From an uncultured delta proteobacterium (GTDB lineage Bacteria > Desulfobacterota > Desulfobacteria > Desulfobacterales > JAFDCJ01), in contig CAVYNY010000013.1 in the NCBI GenBank assembly GCA_963769935.1, positions 480,001-544,000 of the forward strand: DNA of 64,000 bases, written 5' to 3'. The first letter of the stretch is position 1. The number at the start of each line of letters is the position of its first letter. Below the pieces are notes generated by a model. It saw only the letters and a list, made by a program, of their open reading frames with translations. It ran no database searches and was not told where the DNA came from. Of the stretch, positions 63,137 to 64,000 are shown piece after piece. The position numbers and the translations under genes are program-made.

Positions 63137-64000
63137 TCAGGGAGCCAAAACAATCTTGCCAAACTGCTTTCCCTCCTGCATTATTTTATAGGCCTCACGC
63201 CCCTCGCTTAAGGGCAGGATTTGATGGACAACCGGCTTGATTTTCCCGGCCCACAGTAAATTGATCACATCGCGAAAGTCCTGGTGGGAGCCCATGGTGC
63301 TGCCGATCAGGCTGATCTGCTTGCCGAATATGAAACGGATATCGATTTCAGCCTGCGGCCCGCTGGTATTGCCGACAATCACAATCCGGCCGCCGCGGGC
63401 AACGGCCTGCATGCTGGTATTGATGGTAGCCTTGCCCACATTGTCTACCACGACATCCACCCCCCGTCTGGAGGTGAGTTTAAATATCTCCTTGCCCCAA
63501 TTAACCTGCGACCGATCCAGCACCACATCCGCACCCAGTTGCCGGGCCTGCTCGGCTTTATCCGGATTGCTGGCCACGGTATAAACAAAGGCACCCGCCA
63601 ATTTGGCAATCTGGATGGCAACGCTGTTGACCCCGCCGCCCGCGCCGACCACCAGCACGGTTTCACCGGCACGCAGACCGGCCTGATGCATCAGCATACG
63701 CCAGGCAGTGAGGCTGACCAACAGCGGAGCGGCGGCTTTTGGAAAGTCCATACTATCGGGCATGCCCGCCAGGTTGCCGGCTGAAATCGCTAAATATTCG
63801 GCGGCCCCGCCACGTCTGTGTTCTCCCAGGATATGATATCCGGGGCTGACACTGTCCCGGCCGCGCCGGGTATATTCGTCTTCAAACAGATTGACGCCGG
63901 GATCGACCACGACCCGCTGTCCGACCTGCCAGTCGGCAACATTTTCACCCAGTTCAACAATTTCACCGGCGACATCCGCTCCGCACCAATGGGGCATTTC
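63137..64000 (-). CDS. Zn-binding alcohol dehydrogenase / quinone oxidoreductase family (5' end outside window)
   Basis: PH..G.D.AG, GAGGGV, GNTSG, GSTMG, FGKIVL. Confidence 0.88.
   Translation of the reverse strand, partial: EMPHWCGADVAGEIVELGENVADWQVGQRVVVDPGVNLFEDEYTRRGRDSVSPGYHILGEHRRGGAAEYLAISAGNLAGMPDSMDFPKAAAPLLVSLTAWRMLMHQAGLRAGETVLVVGAGGGVNSVAIQIAKLAGAFVYTVASNPDKAEQARQLGADVVLDRSQVNWGKEIFKLTSRRGVDVVVDNVGKATINTSMQAVARGGRIVIVGNTSGPQAEIDIRFIFGKQISLIGSTMGSHQDFRDVINLLWAGKIKPVVHQILPLSEGREAYKIMQEGKQFGKIVLAP

Overview
Bacterial chromosome segment; gene content and intergenic repeat style suggest a deltaproteobacterium (Desulfobacterales-like; inference). The left third (0.9-22.5 kb) is a large uncharacterised carbohydrate-derivative catabolic island of two convergent operons. 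Operon 1 (+) encodes an XRE-cupin regulator, two paralogous Zn-dehydrogenases, a ribose-type ABC importer with an atypical binding protein, cupins, an MBL lactonase, a class II aldolase, a Tm-1-like/UPF0261 protein and a RuBisCO-like protein (RLP) carrying the motifs of the functionally unassigned Chlorobium-type form IV-Photo clade. Operon 2 (-) encodes a creatininase-family hydrolase, an FAD oxidoreductase, a CCG Fe-S protein, an HD protein and a second Tm-1-like protein, opposite a divergent DeoR regulator. No sugar kinase is recognisable. This island is the best candidate for an undescribed system. The rest holds a B12-radical SAM gene, a peptide-type ABC operon with amidohydrolases, a DUF169-CoaE fusion with two DUF2889-like genes, a Phd-RelE/ParE TA pair, sodA, an aminobutyraldehyde dehydrogenase with a structured leader, gammaproteobacterial-like parE-parC, a cyclase-TPR gene, a PAS-SpoIIE phosphatase, a 2-oxoacid dehydrogenase operon, a stand-alone khpA and a vapC remnant. 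Genes at 15.5-24.4 kb carry many single-base frameshifts that look like sequencing errors. Many intergenic spacers are built from periodic 7-9-mer arrays and REP/MITE-like elements. No rRNA, tRNA, CRISPR array, transposase or integrase was seen. All family calls are by-eye motif recognition, not database searches.
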